In this document: positions 33,729-43,111 of the stretch, in pieces
Layout of the letters: each line of letters starts with the position of its first letter
Position numbering within the stretch: position 1 is the first letter of the stretch
Assembly (NCBI GenBank): GCA_963743525.1
Contig: CAVUQH010000004.1
Span: 736,001-800,000, forward strand
DNA length: 64,000 bases
Direction of reading: 5' to 3'
From: an uncultured delta proteobacterium
Lineage (GTDB): Bacteria > Myxococcota_A > Polyangia > Haliangiales > Haliangiaceae
Notes under the pieces: generated by a model
Database searches by the model: none
Told to the model about the DNA's origin: nothing
What the model saw: the letters and a program-made list of their open reading frames with translations, nothing else
Position numbers and translations under genes: made by a program

Positions 33729-34241
33729 GGAGTCTCCTGTGCGAGGTTGACCACCTCGCCCTTCAACACCGCTTCGATCGCGTCGGCCGGCCGGTCCAGC
33801 ACAGAGGAGATCTCGGCGACGAAATAGCTGCGCGCGACCTCGAGGGTGCGCTGATCGGTGGCCGACAGCTTCTCGTCGCGCGCGCGATGGAGGAGTTGCT
33901 GCAGGATCTCGGTGTACTTGTCGGCGTCGCCGGTGCGCAGGCCGTCGGCGTGGCTCGCAGCGCGTTCGCGCCAGAACGAGGGTGACGGGATCGCCGGCTT
34001 GGCGGTGACCTGCATGAGCAGCTCGCGCGCCTTGCCCGGGGAGACCAGCTCTCGAACCCCGGCGGTGGGCAGATTCTCGACCGGGATCAGCAGCTTCTTG
34101 CCGCGACTCAAGCCGAGGACGTAGAACGTCTGCGAGCTGTCGCCGACCGAGAGCTCCTCGAGCCCGAGCACCGCGGCCACGCCGTGGGGGGAGGAAGACC
34201 CTCGATCCGATTTCCAGTCTGGATACGTCGCTCTCGTCCAA
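33725..34241 (-). pseudogene. CarD/CdnL-family transcription regulator, frameshifted at a G6/C6 run (34186-34191)
   Basis: LEIGSRVFLP in one frame, PHGVAAVLGLEE..LLIPV..GVREL..FWRER..LSATDQRTLEVAR..EIS in another. Confidence 0.8.
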
Positions 34242-34452
34242 CCAGCACACCCGCCACCGCAACCGGTGACCCGCTCGACCTCACGCGCCGACCTCCGGGG
34301 CCGCTCGTGCACGGTCGCAGGCAGAAATGCAGTGAGACCGGGACAACACTTTGACCTGTTCACGGCTCAAGTCAACCTGCAACACCTCGAAAGCGCCGAT
34401 GCGGGCCGACTGCGCCGCTTCTGCGCCTCATCGGTGACCTATACTGCGCCGC

Positions 34453-34962
34453 ATGTTCGCCGTACGGAGCTTCACTCCGTTACTCCTCGCTGCCGGTCTC
34501 GTTGCAGCGTGCGACAGCCACCCGGCTTCGCCCTCGTTCGACGCAGGAGTCGATGCGCTGTCACCGCCGGTGCTGCCGCGCGACCAGAACGAGGCGACGC
34601 TGTCCGCTCAGCGACAGTCGTGCCGCTTCGCCACCGGCGCCTGGCCGGCCGAGACGATCGGCAACGAATACCTCGACCACACCGGTTTCCGCGTGCCGTT
34701 CATCGTCGTGTCGCCCTACGCCAGGCCGCACTACGTGTCGCACACGGTCTACGACCACGCGTCGATCACCCGCTTCATCGAGACGCGCTTCGGCCTGCCG
34801 GCGATGACGGCTCGCGACGCCAACGCGGCGGTGCCGCTCGACATGTTCGACTTCGACAACCCGGCGTACGTGACGCCGCCGGACATCACCGCCCACACCA
34901 CGGTTGACCCGGCCGTGCTCAGCCGCTGCGGCCAGGAGATGGCGCCGATCGGCTGCCAGTGA
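34453..34962 (+). CDS. Lipoprotein with only the C-terminal part of a phosphoesterase (PLC/AcpA) domain; possibly internally deleted
   Basis: Lipobox VAAC; GFRVPFIVVSPYARPHYVSHTVYDHASITRFIETRFGLPAMTARDANA; no ENRSFD motif. Confidence 0.7.
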   Translation: MFAVRSFTPLLLAAGLVAACDSHPASPSFDAGVDALSPPVLPRDQNEATLSAQRQSCRFATGAWPAETIGNEYLDHTGFRVPFIVVSPYARPHYVSHTVYDHASITRFIETRFGLPAMTARDANAAVPLDMFDFDNPAYVTPPDITAHTTVDPAVLSRCGQEMAPIGCQ

Positions 34963-36312
34963 TCAGCTCCGCCGGCGCGCGCTGACCCAGACGGCGAAGC
35001 CGAGGAGGAGCAGGCCGAACATCGCCGAATCGGGGAGGTCGGAACCGGCGGACGACCGGCAGCAACCGCCGGCGTCGCCGCTATCTGCCCCGGCCGGAGG
35101 TGGCGGCGGTGGCGGACATTTCGACGACGGGATACGGATGTCCTGCGTCACCTCGACGGTGTCGCGATAGGTCGGATTCCCGGCCACGGCGAACGCCACG
35201 GGATCGGCGTCGGTCCCGAGCGATAGATCGGCCCATAGCTGGGTGCGAGTCAGGAACGTGGTGCCTGCCATCCGCGACGCCTCGGCGTAGCTGACGTCTC
35301 CGCCGGGAAAGTCGTAGCGGCCGTCGGCGGCTACGTACACGGTCAGCCATTCCTCGGCCGGCGCCGGCTGGCGCGAAACCGCCAGCGGCAGGCGAATCTC
35401 CGTGCCCGCCCAGGTGAGAGACAGCGGTTCGAGCCCGCCGTTGACGGGCGCATCGGTAATCACGCGGACCGCAACCACTGTCCAACCGCCGGCGATGTAC
35501 GGAGCGATGGCGTCGAGGTCGGCCTGTCCGTACTGATAGCCATAGGTGTCGAGCCAGCTGGCCAGCTCGCCGGGTTCACTCAGGGTCAGGCGCGCGATCT
35601 GGTACGCGCCCAGGGTGCTGATGACCACGGCATCGTCCGGGTCGGGTAGATCGACCGGAGTCGGGTCGGGCAGCTCGTAGTCGTTGCCGTAGTCCCAGTG
35701 CCCCGACTCTGCCGGGACGCACCCGCCGCCGGGGCTGCCGTAGCTCCACTTGGGATCCGAGCACTGGTAGCCGAGGGAGGCATCCTCGATGTAGTTGGGC
35801 ACGACCACCGGTTCCGGGGCGGTCGCCAGGGCGAGATCGCGAAACAGCGACGGCGCCGCCAGCTGGATCACCGGCGGGGACGGCGTGACCATCAGCAGGG
35901 CGAAGGCCGCACCGTCGGCGCCGATCTGGAACCGGGGCTGCACGACCATGGTGATGGCGTCGCCCTCGATCGGCTGGCAGGGCCAGCCCGCATCGGGGCC
36001 AGCGTCAGCCGGGCCGGCGTCGGCCATCCCCGCATCGGCGGGGCCTGCATCGCCGGCGCCCGCGTCGCTGCCAGCTCCTGCGTCGGCCGGCGGGTCGCAG
36101 GTCTGTCCGATGGTCTGGGTGCGCTTGATGATCAGCACCGGCTGCTCCGGCTCGATCACCGGCGGCGGCTTGTCGGGCTCACTCACCAGTCGGCAAATCG
36201 CGGCAGCGTCCGCGCTGATGGCCAGGACCACCACCCCCACACCCAGTCGAAACCATCGTCCAGCCACGCCGGGCTGCAGTTCAACCCCCGGGCCAGCAGC
36301 GGTGGGTGGCAT
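34963..36312 (-). CDS. DUF2330-like exported protein with MYXO-CTERM-type tail
   Basis: FALLMVTP, LASWLDTYGY, PYIAGGWTVVAVR, LEPLSL; DAG linker repeats; GGCC..TM..RRS C-terminus. Start uncertain. Confidence 0.7.
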   Translation of the reverse strand: MPPTAAGPGVELQPGVAGRWFRLGVGVVVLAISADAAAICRLVSEPDKPPPVIEPEQPVLIIKRTQTIGQTCDPPADAGAGSDAGAGDAGPADAGMADAGPADAGPDAGWPCQPIEGDAITMVVQPRFQIGADGAAFALLMVTPSPPVIQLAAPSLFRDLALATAPEPVVVPNYIEDASLGYQCSDPKWSYGSPGGGCVPAESGHWDYGNDYELPDPTPVDLPDPDDAVVISTLGAYQIARLTLSEPGELASWLDTYGYQYGQADLDAIAPYIAGGWTVVAVRVITDAPVNGGLEPLSLTWAGTEIRLPLAVSRQPAPAEEWLTVYVAADGRYDFPGGDVSYAEASRMAGTTFLTRTQLWADLSLGTDADPVAFAVAGNPTYRDTVEVTQDIRIPSSKCPPPPPPPAGADSGDAGGCCRSSAGSDLPDSAMFGLLLLGFAVWVSARRRS

Positions 36313-36428
36313 CTCGACGACTTGCGCTCCGCGCGATCCGGCCACCGCGGCGATTCGCGACATCGCTGTCGCAGCTCGCGCCTTCGCCGGTCTTCGAGCC
36401 GCTGGCCTGAGCGGGGTATGCTGGCGGC

Positions 36429-37055
36429 ATGTCGGTCAGCACGCTGCTGCTCGCGCCCCTGTACGACCGCTTGACCCGCGCCAGCGAGGAGGCGTGCGTC
36501 GCCGGCTGGCGCGCCGAGCTGCTCGCCGACGTGCGCGGCGAGGTGCTCGAGGTCGGCGCGGGCACCGGCGCCAACCTGCGCCACTACGGCGCCGGCGTCT
36601 CGCGCCTGGTCCTGGCCGAGCCGGACCCGCACATGCGCCGGCGGCTGCGACGCACCCTTTCCGGCGCGCGCCCACCGGTGGAGCTGCTCGATGCCCCGGC
36701 CGAGCAGCTGCCGCTGGCCGACGCGAGCTTCGACGCCGTCGTGTGCACGCTGGTGCTCTGTTCGGTCGACGATCCGCAGCGGGCGTTGGCCGAGTACCGG
36801 CGGGTGCTGCGGCCGGGCGGCGAGCTGGTCTTCATCGAACACGTGGCGGCGCACGACAACCCCGACCGCCTCCGCTGGCAGCGCCGGGTCGAGCCGCTGT
36901 GGAAACGGGTATTCGGCAACTGTCACCTGACCCGGGACACCGCCGCCTCGATCGAGCGCGCCGGGTTCACCGTCGACGAGCTGCAGCGACAGAGCATGCG
37001 CAAGGCCACGCCGGTGGTCAGGCCGACCATTCGCGGCCGCGCGCGCGCCCGCTAG
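36429..37055 (+). CDS. Class I SAM-dependent methyltransferase
   Basis: VLEVGAGTG, FDAVVCTLVLCSV, RVLRPGG. Confidence 0.9.
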   Translation: MSVSTLLLAPLYDRLTRASEEACVAGWRAELLADVRGEVLEVGAGTGANLRHYGAGVSRLVLAEPDPHMRRRLRRTLSGARPPVELLDAPAEQLPLADASFDAVVCTLVLCSVDDPQRALAEYRRVLRPGGELVFIEHVAAHDNPDRLRWQRRVEPLWKRVFGNCHLTRDTAASIERAGFTVDELQRQSMRKATPVVRPTIRGRARAR

Positions 37056-37056
37056 C

Positions 37057-38637
37057 TCACGCCTTCGCCGGGATCTTGCTCATCGCCCGCTCGGCCAGCG
37101 CGGTGATGGTGAGCGACGGGTTGACGCCCGGGTTGGCCGACACCGCCGAGCCGTCGATGATGTACAGACCGTCGTAGCCGAACGCGCGGTGCTCGGCGTC
37201 GATGACCCCTTCGTCGGCGCTGGCGCCCATGACGCAACCGCCGAGGATGTGCGCCGTGGACGGCGTGCCGAAGGCGAGCTCGGTGACCAGGCTGCTCTTG
37301 ACCCCGCCGACCTTCTCGGCGAACCGGTCGGCCAGGTCGGTGGCCTCCTCCATGAACGCGCTGGGCGCTCCGGCCGGGTCGGTGATCTCGCTGACCAGGC
37401 CGCGACGGAATCCGGTCAGCAGGCTGCGGCCCAGCTTGAAGCGCATGGTTCCCTCGAGGGTGCGCATGTACAGCAGCACCTGGGTCTTGCGCGAGAAGTC
37501 GCGGGCCGTGTACGCGCGAGCCCAAAGCCCCGGGTTCTTGGCCACGTCAGTGGCGGCGCGCGCCAGCCGGGCGACCAGGTTGCCACCCGGCGCGTGCGGC
37601 AGGGTCATGGTGCGGAAGAAGCTCGAGCCGTGGCCGTAGCGAACCGGCTCGATGTGGCTGTGCTCGTCGGTGTGCAGGATCGAGGTGATCGCGATTCCCT
37701 GGGTCAGGTCTTCCTTGACCTCCGGCGCGATGATGCCGATCAGCGACTCGCTGTTGGTGCGCACGTTGTAGCCGAGGGTCGGCGACAGCCGCGGCAGGCC
37801 CTGCGGATCCTCCTGCATGCGCAGGAGCAGCGGCAGCGTCCCCAGCACACCACCGGCGAAGATGACCCGGTCTGCGGTGACGCTGTCGGCGTGCTTGCGC
37901 CGGCCCAGCGCGTTTTGTGTCTCGACGCGATAGCCGCCGGTGTCGAGCGCGCGCACCGCGGTGACCTCGGTCTCGGACCGCACCTGGCAGCCGAGCTTCT
38001 CGGCCAGGTACAGGTAGTTCCAGTCGAGGGTGTTCTTGGCGCCCACCCGGCAGCCGGTCATGCACGCGCCGCAGTAGGTGCAACCGACCCGCGCCGGGCC
38101 CTTGCCGTCGAAGTACGGATCGGGCACCTCGACGTCCGGCTTGCCGAAGTAGACCGCGACCTTGGTCTTGTGGAAATGATCCTCGCGGCCGATGTCCCGG
38201 GCGATCTCGCGCATGATCCGGTCGCCCGGAGTGTTGCCGGGGAACGGCGTCGCGCCCAGCATCCGCTCGGCCATCTGATAGTGCGGCTCCAGCTCCCGCT
38301 GCCAGTCGGCCAGGTGCGACCACGACGGGTTGGCGAAGAAGCTCCGCGTCGGCGTGGGCAGCGTGTTGGCATAGGTCAGCGACCCGCCGCCGACGCCGAC
38401 GCCGTGGAGGATCGTCACGTGCTCGAAGAACGACATCTGGAAGATGCCCTGCAGCCCGGCCCCCGGCATCCACATCCACCGCTTGAGATCCCAGTTGTTC
38501 TTGGGAAAGTCGCTCAGACCGAATCGCTTGCCCTTCTCGATGACCAGCACCCGGTAACCCTTTTCCGCCAGGCGCAGCGCCGACACGCTGCCACCGAAAC
38601 CGGAGCCGATGACGATCCAGTCGTAGTGCGAGGTCAT
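37057..38637 (-). CDS. GMC-family oxidoreductase (cholesterol oxidase ChoD-like)
   Basis: IGSGFGGSVSA, GVGGGSL, CTYCGACMTGC, TAHILGG, GVNPSLTITALAER. Confidence 0.88.
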   Translation of the reverse strand: MTSHYDWIVIGSGFGGSVSALRLAEKGYRVLVIEKGKRFGLSDFPKNNWDLKRWMWMPGAGLQGIFQMSFFEHVTILHGVGVGGGSLTYANTLPTPTRSFFANPSWSHLADWQRELEPHYQMAERMLGATPFPGNTPGDRIMREIARDIGREDHFHKTKVAVYFGKPDVEVPDPYFDGKGPARVGCTYCGACMTGCRVGAKNTLDWNYLYLAEKLGCQVRSETEVTAVRALDTGGYRVETQNALGRRKHADSVTADRVIFAGGVLGTLPLLLRMQEDPQGLPRLSPTLGYNVRTNSESLIGIIAPEVKEDLTQGIAITSILHTDEHSHIEPVRYGHGSSFFRTMTLPHAPGGNLVARLARAATDVAKNPGLWARAYTARDFSRKTQVLLYMRTLEGTMRFKLGRSLLTGFRRGLVSEITDPAGAPSAFMEEATDLADRFAEKVGGVKSSLVTELAFGTPSTAHILGGCVMGASADEGVIDAEHRAFGYDGLYIIDGSAVSANPGVNPSLTITALAERAMSKIPAKA

Positions 38638-38698
38638 GGTCGAAGCCTACCCCGATCCAGCGGCGGTTGTCCGCGCGCCGGTGGTACTGTCAATAGTG

Positions 38699-39208
38699 AT
38701 GCAGGTTCGCGCGGCTCAGCTCGCCGACGCGGGGGCCATCGCCCGCGTACAGGTACGCACCTGGCAGGCGGCGTACCGCGGACTGATCGCCGACAGCTAC
38801 CTCGACGCCATGAGCATCGAGCAGCGCAGCGAACGCTGGCAGCGCAACCTGTCGGGCGGCCCGTTCACCACCCTGGTGTTGGTCGACGGCGACCAGGTCG
38901 TCGGCTTCTCCGGCCACGGCCCCAGCCGCGACCGCGATGCCCCGGCTTCTCAGGGCGAGCTCCTCGCGCTGTACGTGATCGAGGACCACTGGCGGCGCGG
39001 GCTCGGGCGCCAGCTGTACGCCGCCAGCGACGAGGCGCTGCTCGCCGCCGGCTTCACCGAGTCGATCGTCTGGGTCCTGGACGGCAACGCCAGGGCCGAC
39101 CGGTTCTACGGCGCCGTCGGCTATGCGCTCGACGGCGAGCACAAGCGCCTTCGCCTCGCCGACCAGGTCGAGATCGGCGAACACCGGATGCGCAAGCAGC
39201 TGCGATGA
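38699..39208 (+). CDS. GNAT family N-acetyltransferase
   Basis: ELLALYV..WRRGLGRQL, WVLDGNARADRFY. Confidence 0.88.
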   Translation: MQVRAAQLADAGAIARVQVRTWQAAYRGLIADSYLDAMSIEQRSERWQRNLSGGPFTTLVLVDGDQVVGFSGHGPSRDRDAPASQGELLALYVIEDHWRRGLGRQLYAASDEALLAAGFTESIVWVLDGNARADRFYGAVGYALDGEHKRLRLADQVEIGEHRMRKQLR

Positions 39209-39396
39209 CGACCAACGAGATCAACTGGCTGGTGCCGGTGGCCTTCGTCATCGACACGGCGATCATGGCCACGTCGCTGGCTCGCGGCGGGCTCGACTTC
39301 GGCTCGCCGCGCACGCTGGTGGCGCTGGGGTTCTGGGCGGTGCTGCTGCTCGGCAGCGTCATCTGGCTGCTGGGTCTGCGCCGCGGCGGCGACTAG
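39205..39396 (+). CDS. Small two-TM membrane protein
   Basis: MTTNEINWLVPVAFVIDTAIMA..; ATGA overlap with the GNAT stop. Confidence 0.6.
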   Translation: MTTNEINWLVPVAFVIDTAIMATSLARGGLDFGSPRTLVALGFWAVLLLGSVIWLLGLRRGGD

Positions 39397-39665
39397 CGTT
39401 TCTTGCCGCCCAGCTTCTTCTCCAGCGCGGTGATGTGCTGGCGAGCCTCGGCCAGCTCTTCGCGCAGGCGCAGGATGATGTCGACACCGGCGATGTTGAC
39501 CTCGAGGTCGCGCACCAGCGTGCGCGAGGCCAGCACCCGGTCAACCTCCTCGATGCGGAAGCCGTCGGGCTGCTCCTCGATCACGCGCTCGCGGACCAAC
39601 AGCTGGACCAGCTCCTCGTCGCCGTCGACACACTCGATCAGCTCATGCAGGGTCACGCGTTTCAC
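39393..39665 (-). CDS. cbpM: Chaperone modulator CbpM-like (MerR_2)
   Basis: [16 protein letters not shown]; coupled to a cbpA-like gene. Confidence 0.75.
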   Translation of the reverse strand: MKRVTLHELIECVDGDEELVQLLVRERVIEEQPDGFRIEEVDRVLASRTLVRDLEVNIAGVDIILRLREELAEARQHITALEKKLGGKKR

Positions 39666-40564
39666 AGTCGCAGCTCCTTTCGCACGGGCGTCGAATAGCC
39701 GGCAGCCGCCTTGCGCAGCGCCTCGGCGACAGCGTCGTCGTCGGTGTCGGGAAGGCGAACGTCGAGCTCGACGTAGAAGTCGCCCTTCTTCTTGCCGCGG
39801 GTCACGCCCTTGTTCTTGAGCCGAAGCCGGGTGCCGGACTGAGAGCGCGGCGGCACCGTCAGCTTGACCGCCCCCTCGAAGGTCGGGATCTCGATCGACG
39901 CGCCGTTGTACGCCTCGTCGACCGTGACCGGGACCTTCATCGATAGATCGAGCCCCTTGCGCGACACCCGCGGGTGCGGGCGCAGGCGGGTTTCGATCAC
40001 CAGGTCGCCGGCGGGACCGCCGCTGACCCCTGGCTGCCCCTTGCCGGCGATGCGCAAGATCGAGCCGTCATCGGCGCCGGGCGGGATGCGCACCGTGGTC
40101 GAGCCGTGTCCCGGCAGCTCCAGGCGCGTCTCACCACCGGCGATCGATTGCGCCAGAGTCATCTCGACCACCGCGTGCACATCGGCGCCGCGCATCGGCC
40201 CGCGCTTGCGCCCGAAGCCGAACAGGTCGCCCAGGTCGAAACCGCCCATATCCGGTCCGCCGCCGCGAAACGCCTGCTCGCCGCTGGAGCGGCCGCGCTG
40301 CCAGTCCTGGTAGGCACGCGCCTTCTCCGGATCGAAGCCGCCCTTGAGCGACTCTTCGCCGAACTCGTCGTAGGCCTTGCGCTTGTCGCTGTCCGACAGC
40401 ACCTCGTACGCCGCGGCCACCTTCTTGAACCAATCCTCGGCGGCGCTGTCGCCGGGATTGACGTCGGGATGGTACTTGCGCGCCAGCTTGCGGTACGCCT
40501 TGCGGACGTCGTCGTCGCTGGCGCTCCGCTGGACCCCGAGGATGTCGTACAGGGATTCGGCCAT
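39662..40564 (-). CDS. cbpA: CbpA-like DnaJ-class co-chaperone
   Basis: J domain HPD, C-terminal domain, no Zn finger, followed by cbpM. Confidence 0.82.
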   Translation of the reverse strand: MAESLYDILGVQRSASDDDVRKAYRKLARKYHPDVNPGDSAAEDWFKKVAAAYEVLSDSDKRKAYDEFGEESLKGGFDPEKARAYQDWQRGRSSGEQAFRGGGPDMGGFDLGDLFGFGRKRGPMRGADVHAVVEMTLAQSIAGGETRLELPGHGSTTVRIPPGADDGSILRIAGKGQPGVSGGPAGDLVIETRLRPHPRVSRKGLDLSMKVPVTVDEAYNGASIEIPTFEGAVKLTVPPRSQSGTRLRLKNKGVTRGKKKGDFYVELDVRLPDTDDDAVAEALRKAAAGYSTPVRKELRL

Positions 40565-40616
40565 CGCCCCTGGAGCATAGCCGACGGAGCCGCGATGGCG
40601 CGCCTGCCCGGCGGTT

Positions 40617-41276
40617 TTACCGCGGCGGTGGATGGCCGATGATGACGGCGTAGACCGGGGTCCCGCGCAGGCGCAGCTTGCGCGCGACCCGCGGTCCGTC
40701 GAAGGCGCCGACCGGGACCGCGACCAGACCGAGGGCGACCGCCTCGAGCAGCATGTTCTGCCCGGCGGCGCCGGCCTCGAGGTCGACGAAGCGCTCGGCG
40801 CGGGAGCCGTAGCGCTTGCGCGTTCGCTCGACCACGCCGCTGATGATGAACGCCGTCGAGTCGCGCAGGCGCGGCCGCGCGTACAGGTCGGGCACGGTAT
40901 CGCGGAGATCGTTGCCGCTGACCTGCTCCAGCGCGTGGCGCCGGGGCAGATAGTGGAACAGGCCGCCGGCGACCAGGACGTAGATTTCGAGCGGGTAGCG
41001 GGCGCCTGCCGACGGCGCCGTGCGATGGCCTTTGTCGTCGGTGATTCCCTGCGCCGCCCACAGAAGCTGGCCCAGCTCGGCGCGGGACAGCGGCGTCCGG
41101 GCGTGGCTGCGGCGAGAGCGGCGCTCGGCCAGTGCCTGCTCGACGCTGACGCTTCCGGTCAGGCGCGGCGCCGGCAGCTCGATGATGGTCGGCTCGGCCG
41201 ATGCAGGGCGGGCCACGGCGGCGACGACGAGTCCCGCCAGCAATCCCCGCGCACCGCGCACCGCGACTCCGGCCAT
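40617..41276 (-). CDS. SagB/ThcOx-family nitroreductase-like protein
   Basis: [40 protein letters not shown]. Confidence 0.85.
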   Translation of the reverse strand: MAGVAVRGARGLLAGLVVAAVARPASAEPTIIELPAPRLTGSVSVEQALAERRSRRSHARTPLSRAELGQLLWAAQGITDDKGHRTAPSAGARYPLEIYVLVAGGLFHYLPRRHALEQVSGNDLRDTVPDLYARPRLRDSTAFIISGVVERTRKRYGSRAERFVDLEAGAAGQNMLLEAVALGLVAVPVGAFDGPRVARKLRLRGTPVYAVIIGHPPPR

Positions 41277-41346
41277 ACACCTGCAATCTGGCGACGGCTC
41301 GTCCGCCGGGCAAGCGCGAGAATCTCCGCGGCCGGCGGGGCCAAGG

Positions 41347-41811
41347 TCAGCGCTGTTCGAGCTTGGCGGCCAGTCGGTCGAGCGCCGTGGCCACGGCAAT
41401 CTGCTCGTCGGTCGGCATCACCTCGTCGAGCAGCGAGGTGGTGCCTTCGACCATCTCGGGGAAGACGCGCTCGAACTCTTTTTCCCCTTCCGGGGTCAGC
41501 CGGGCGATCACCTCGCGATCGGAATCCCGCGACCGCTCGCGGACGGCGAGCCCCTTCTTCTCCATCGCCGCGCAGACGCGGGTGACGTTGGACGGGGTGG
41601 TGATCATCGCGTGGGCGAGGTCGCTCATACGCAATCCGTCGGTGTTGCCCAGGGCGGCGATGAAGTCGAGCTCGGTCATCGACAGCCCGAGGCGTCGCTG
41701 CATCTCCTTGTGCGCGTCGCGCAGTGCCTGGTTGGCACGCATCACCGCGCGCAGCATGCGCACCTGCGGCCGGTCTCGGGCCGGCCGATCGCGGAGGGAT
41801 TTGGGCAGCAT
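41347..41811 (-). CDS. MarR family transcriptional regulator
   Basis: MSDLA..TPSNVTRVC..MEKKGL..DREVIARLTPEG; start uncertain. Confidence 0.88.
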   Translation of the reverse strand: MLPKSLRDRPARDRPQVRMLRAVMRANQALRDAHKEMQRRLGLSMTELDFIAALGNTDGLRMSDLAHAMITTPSNVTRVCAAMEKKGLAVRERSRDSDREVIARLTPEGEKEFERVFPEMVEGTTSLLDEVMPTDEQIAVATALDRLAAKLEQR

Positions 41812-41945
41812 CTGTACATGATTGTACGCAAAATTATTTACCAGGGCAATTTTCATTATTCAATGATTGATTTTTGAAACATACAGTGATAATCCTTTTT
41901 TCATCAACAGTTCACTACTGAACTTTCTTGTTCAAAAAGGAAAAT
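41812..41945. promoter_or_regulatory. AT-rich divergent promoter region with candidate MarR operator
   Basis: Sharp AT-rich island; palindrome AGTTCA-ctac-TGAACT at ~41909-41924. Confidence 0.55.
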
Positions 41946-41948
41946 CAC

Positions 41949-42977
41949 GTGGAAAAGCATCTGGATCCGTCGCACATCATGCAAATCGGTATGGGCTTCT
42001 TCGCCTCGAAGACCCTCCTCAGCGCCGTCGAGCTGGGCGTCTTCACCGTGCTGGCCAATGAGGGCCAGCTCACCGGGCCGGAGCTCGCCAACCGGATCGA
42101 GATCTCGGAGCGCGCCACCTACGACTTCTTCGACGCCCTGGTCTCCCTCGGCTTCCTGACCCGCGACGGGGACGGCGAGAGCGGCCGCTACGGCAACACC
42201 CCGGAGAGCGGCGCGTTCCTCGACAAGAACAGCGCCCACTACGTCGGCGGCATCCTCGAGATGGCCAACGCCCGCCTCTACCCGTTCTGGGCCAACCTGA
42301 CCGAGGGCCTGCGCACGGCCAGCCCGCAGAACGAGATCAAGGAGACCGGTGAGCCGATCTTCGCCAAGCTCTACGCGGCGCCGGAAAAGCTCGAACAGTT
42401 CATGCACGCGATGGTCGGCATCTCCGCCGGCAACTTCAACGCGTTCGCCGAGCAGTTCGACTTCTCGCGCTACCAGACGCTGTGCGACATCGGCGGCGCC
42501 ACCGGGCAGCTGTCGTGCATCGTCGCCGACCGGCACCCGCACCTCTCGTGCAAGACCTTCGATCTGCCGCCGGTCCAGCCGATCGCCGAGGAGTGGATCT
42601 CCAGGGCTGGCCTGGGCGACCGCGTGACCGCGGTGTCGGGCGACTTCTTCGCCGACGAGCTGCCCAGGGCCGACGTCATCACCATGGGCATGATCCTCCA
42701 CGACTGGAACCTGGACAAGAAGAAGCAGCTCATCCGCAAGGCCTACGACGCCCTGCCCGAAGGCGGCGCCTTCGTCGTCATCGAGTCGCTCATCGACGAC
42801 GCCCGCCGCGAGAACAGCTTCGGCCTGTTGATGTCGCTCAACATGCTGATCGAGTTCGGCGACGCGTTCGACTACACCGGCTCCGATTTCGCCGGCTGGT
42901 GCCGCGAAGCCGGCTTCTCCAGGGTCGAAGTGCTGCCGCTGACCGGCCCGTCTAGCGCCGCGATCGCCTACAAGTAG
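41949..42977 (+). CDS. O-methyltransferase (Methyltransf_2 with dimerisation domain)
   Basis: GFFASKTLLSAVELG, DIGGATG, GDFF, ILHDW. Confidence 0.9.
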   Translation: MEKHLDPSHIMQIGMGFFASKTLLSAVELGVFTVLANEGQLTGPELANRIEISERATYDFFDALVSLGFLTRDGDGESGRYGNTPESGAFLDKNSAHYVGGILEMANARLYPFWANLTEGLRTASPQNEIKETGEPIFAKLYAAPEKLEQFMHAMVGISAGNFNAFAEQFDFSRYQTLCDIGGATGQLSCIVADRHPHLSCKTFDLPPVQPIAEEWISRAGLGDRVTAVSGDFFADELPRADVITMGMILHDWNLDKKKQLIRKAYDALPEGGAFVVIESLIDDARRENSFGLLMSLNMLIEFGDAFDYTGSDFAGWCREAGFSRVEVLPLTGPSSAAIAYK

Positions 42978-43111
42978 CGGTCGCTCACGGCGCCGGGATT
43001 TCGGCGAGCGTCTCGTCGAAGGACCACCGACCCGCGGGCGCGGTTGCGCACCTTGGCGCACACGAGAACACGGCGCACGCCCGCGCATTGCGGGGTATCA
43101 TCGGGTCCGGA

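Noticed and set aside
35985..36090. Short repeated DAGPA segments as a DNA repeat element
   Set aside because: Degenerate coding linker typical of myxobacterial exported proteins
40617..41276. RiPP (thiazole/oxazole) biosynthetic cluster suggested by the SagB-like gene
   Set aside because: No YcaO, precursor peptide or transporter nearby; stand-alone SagB-like genes are common
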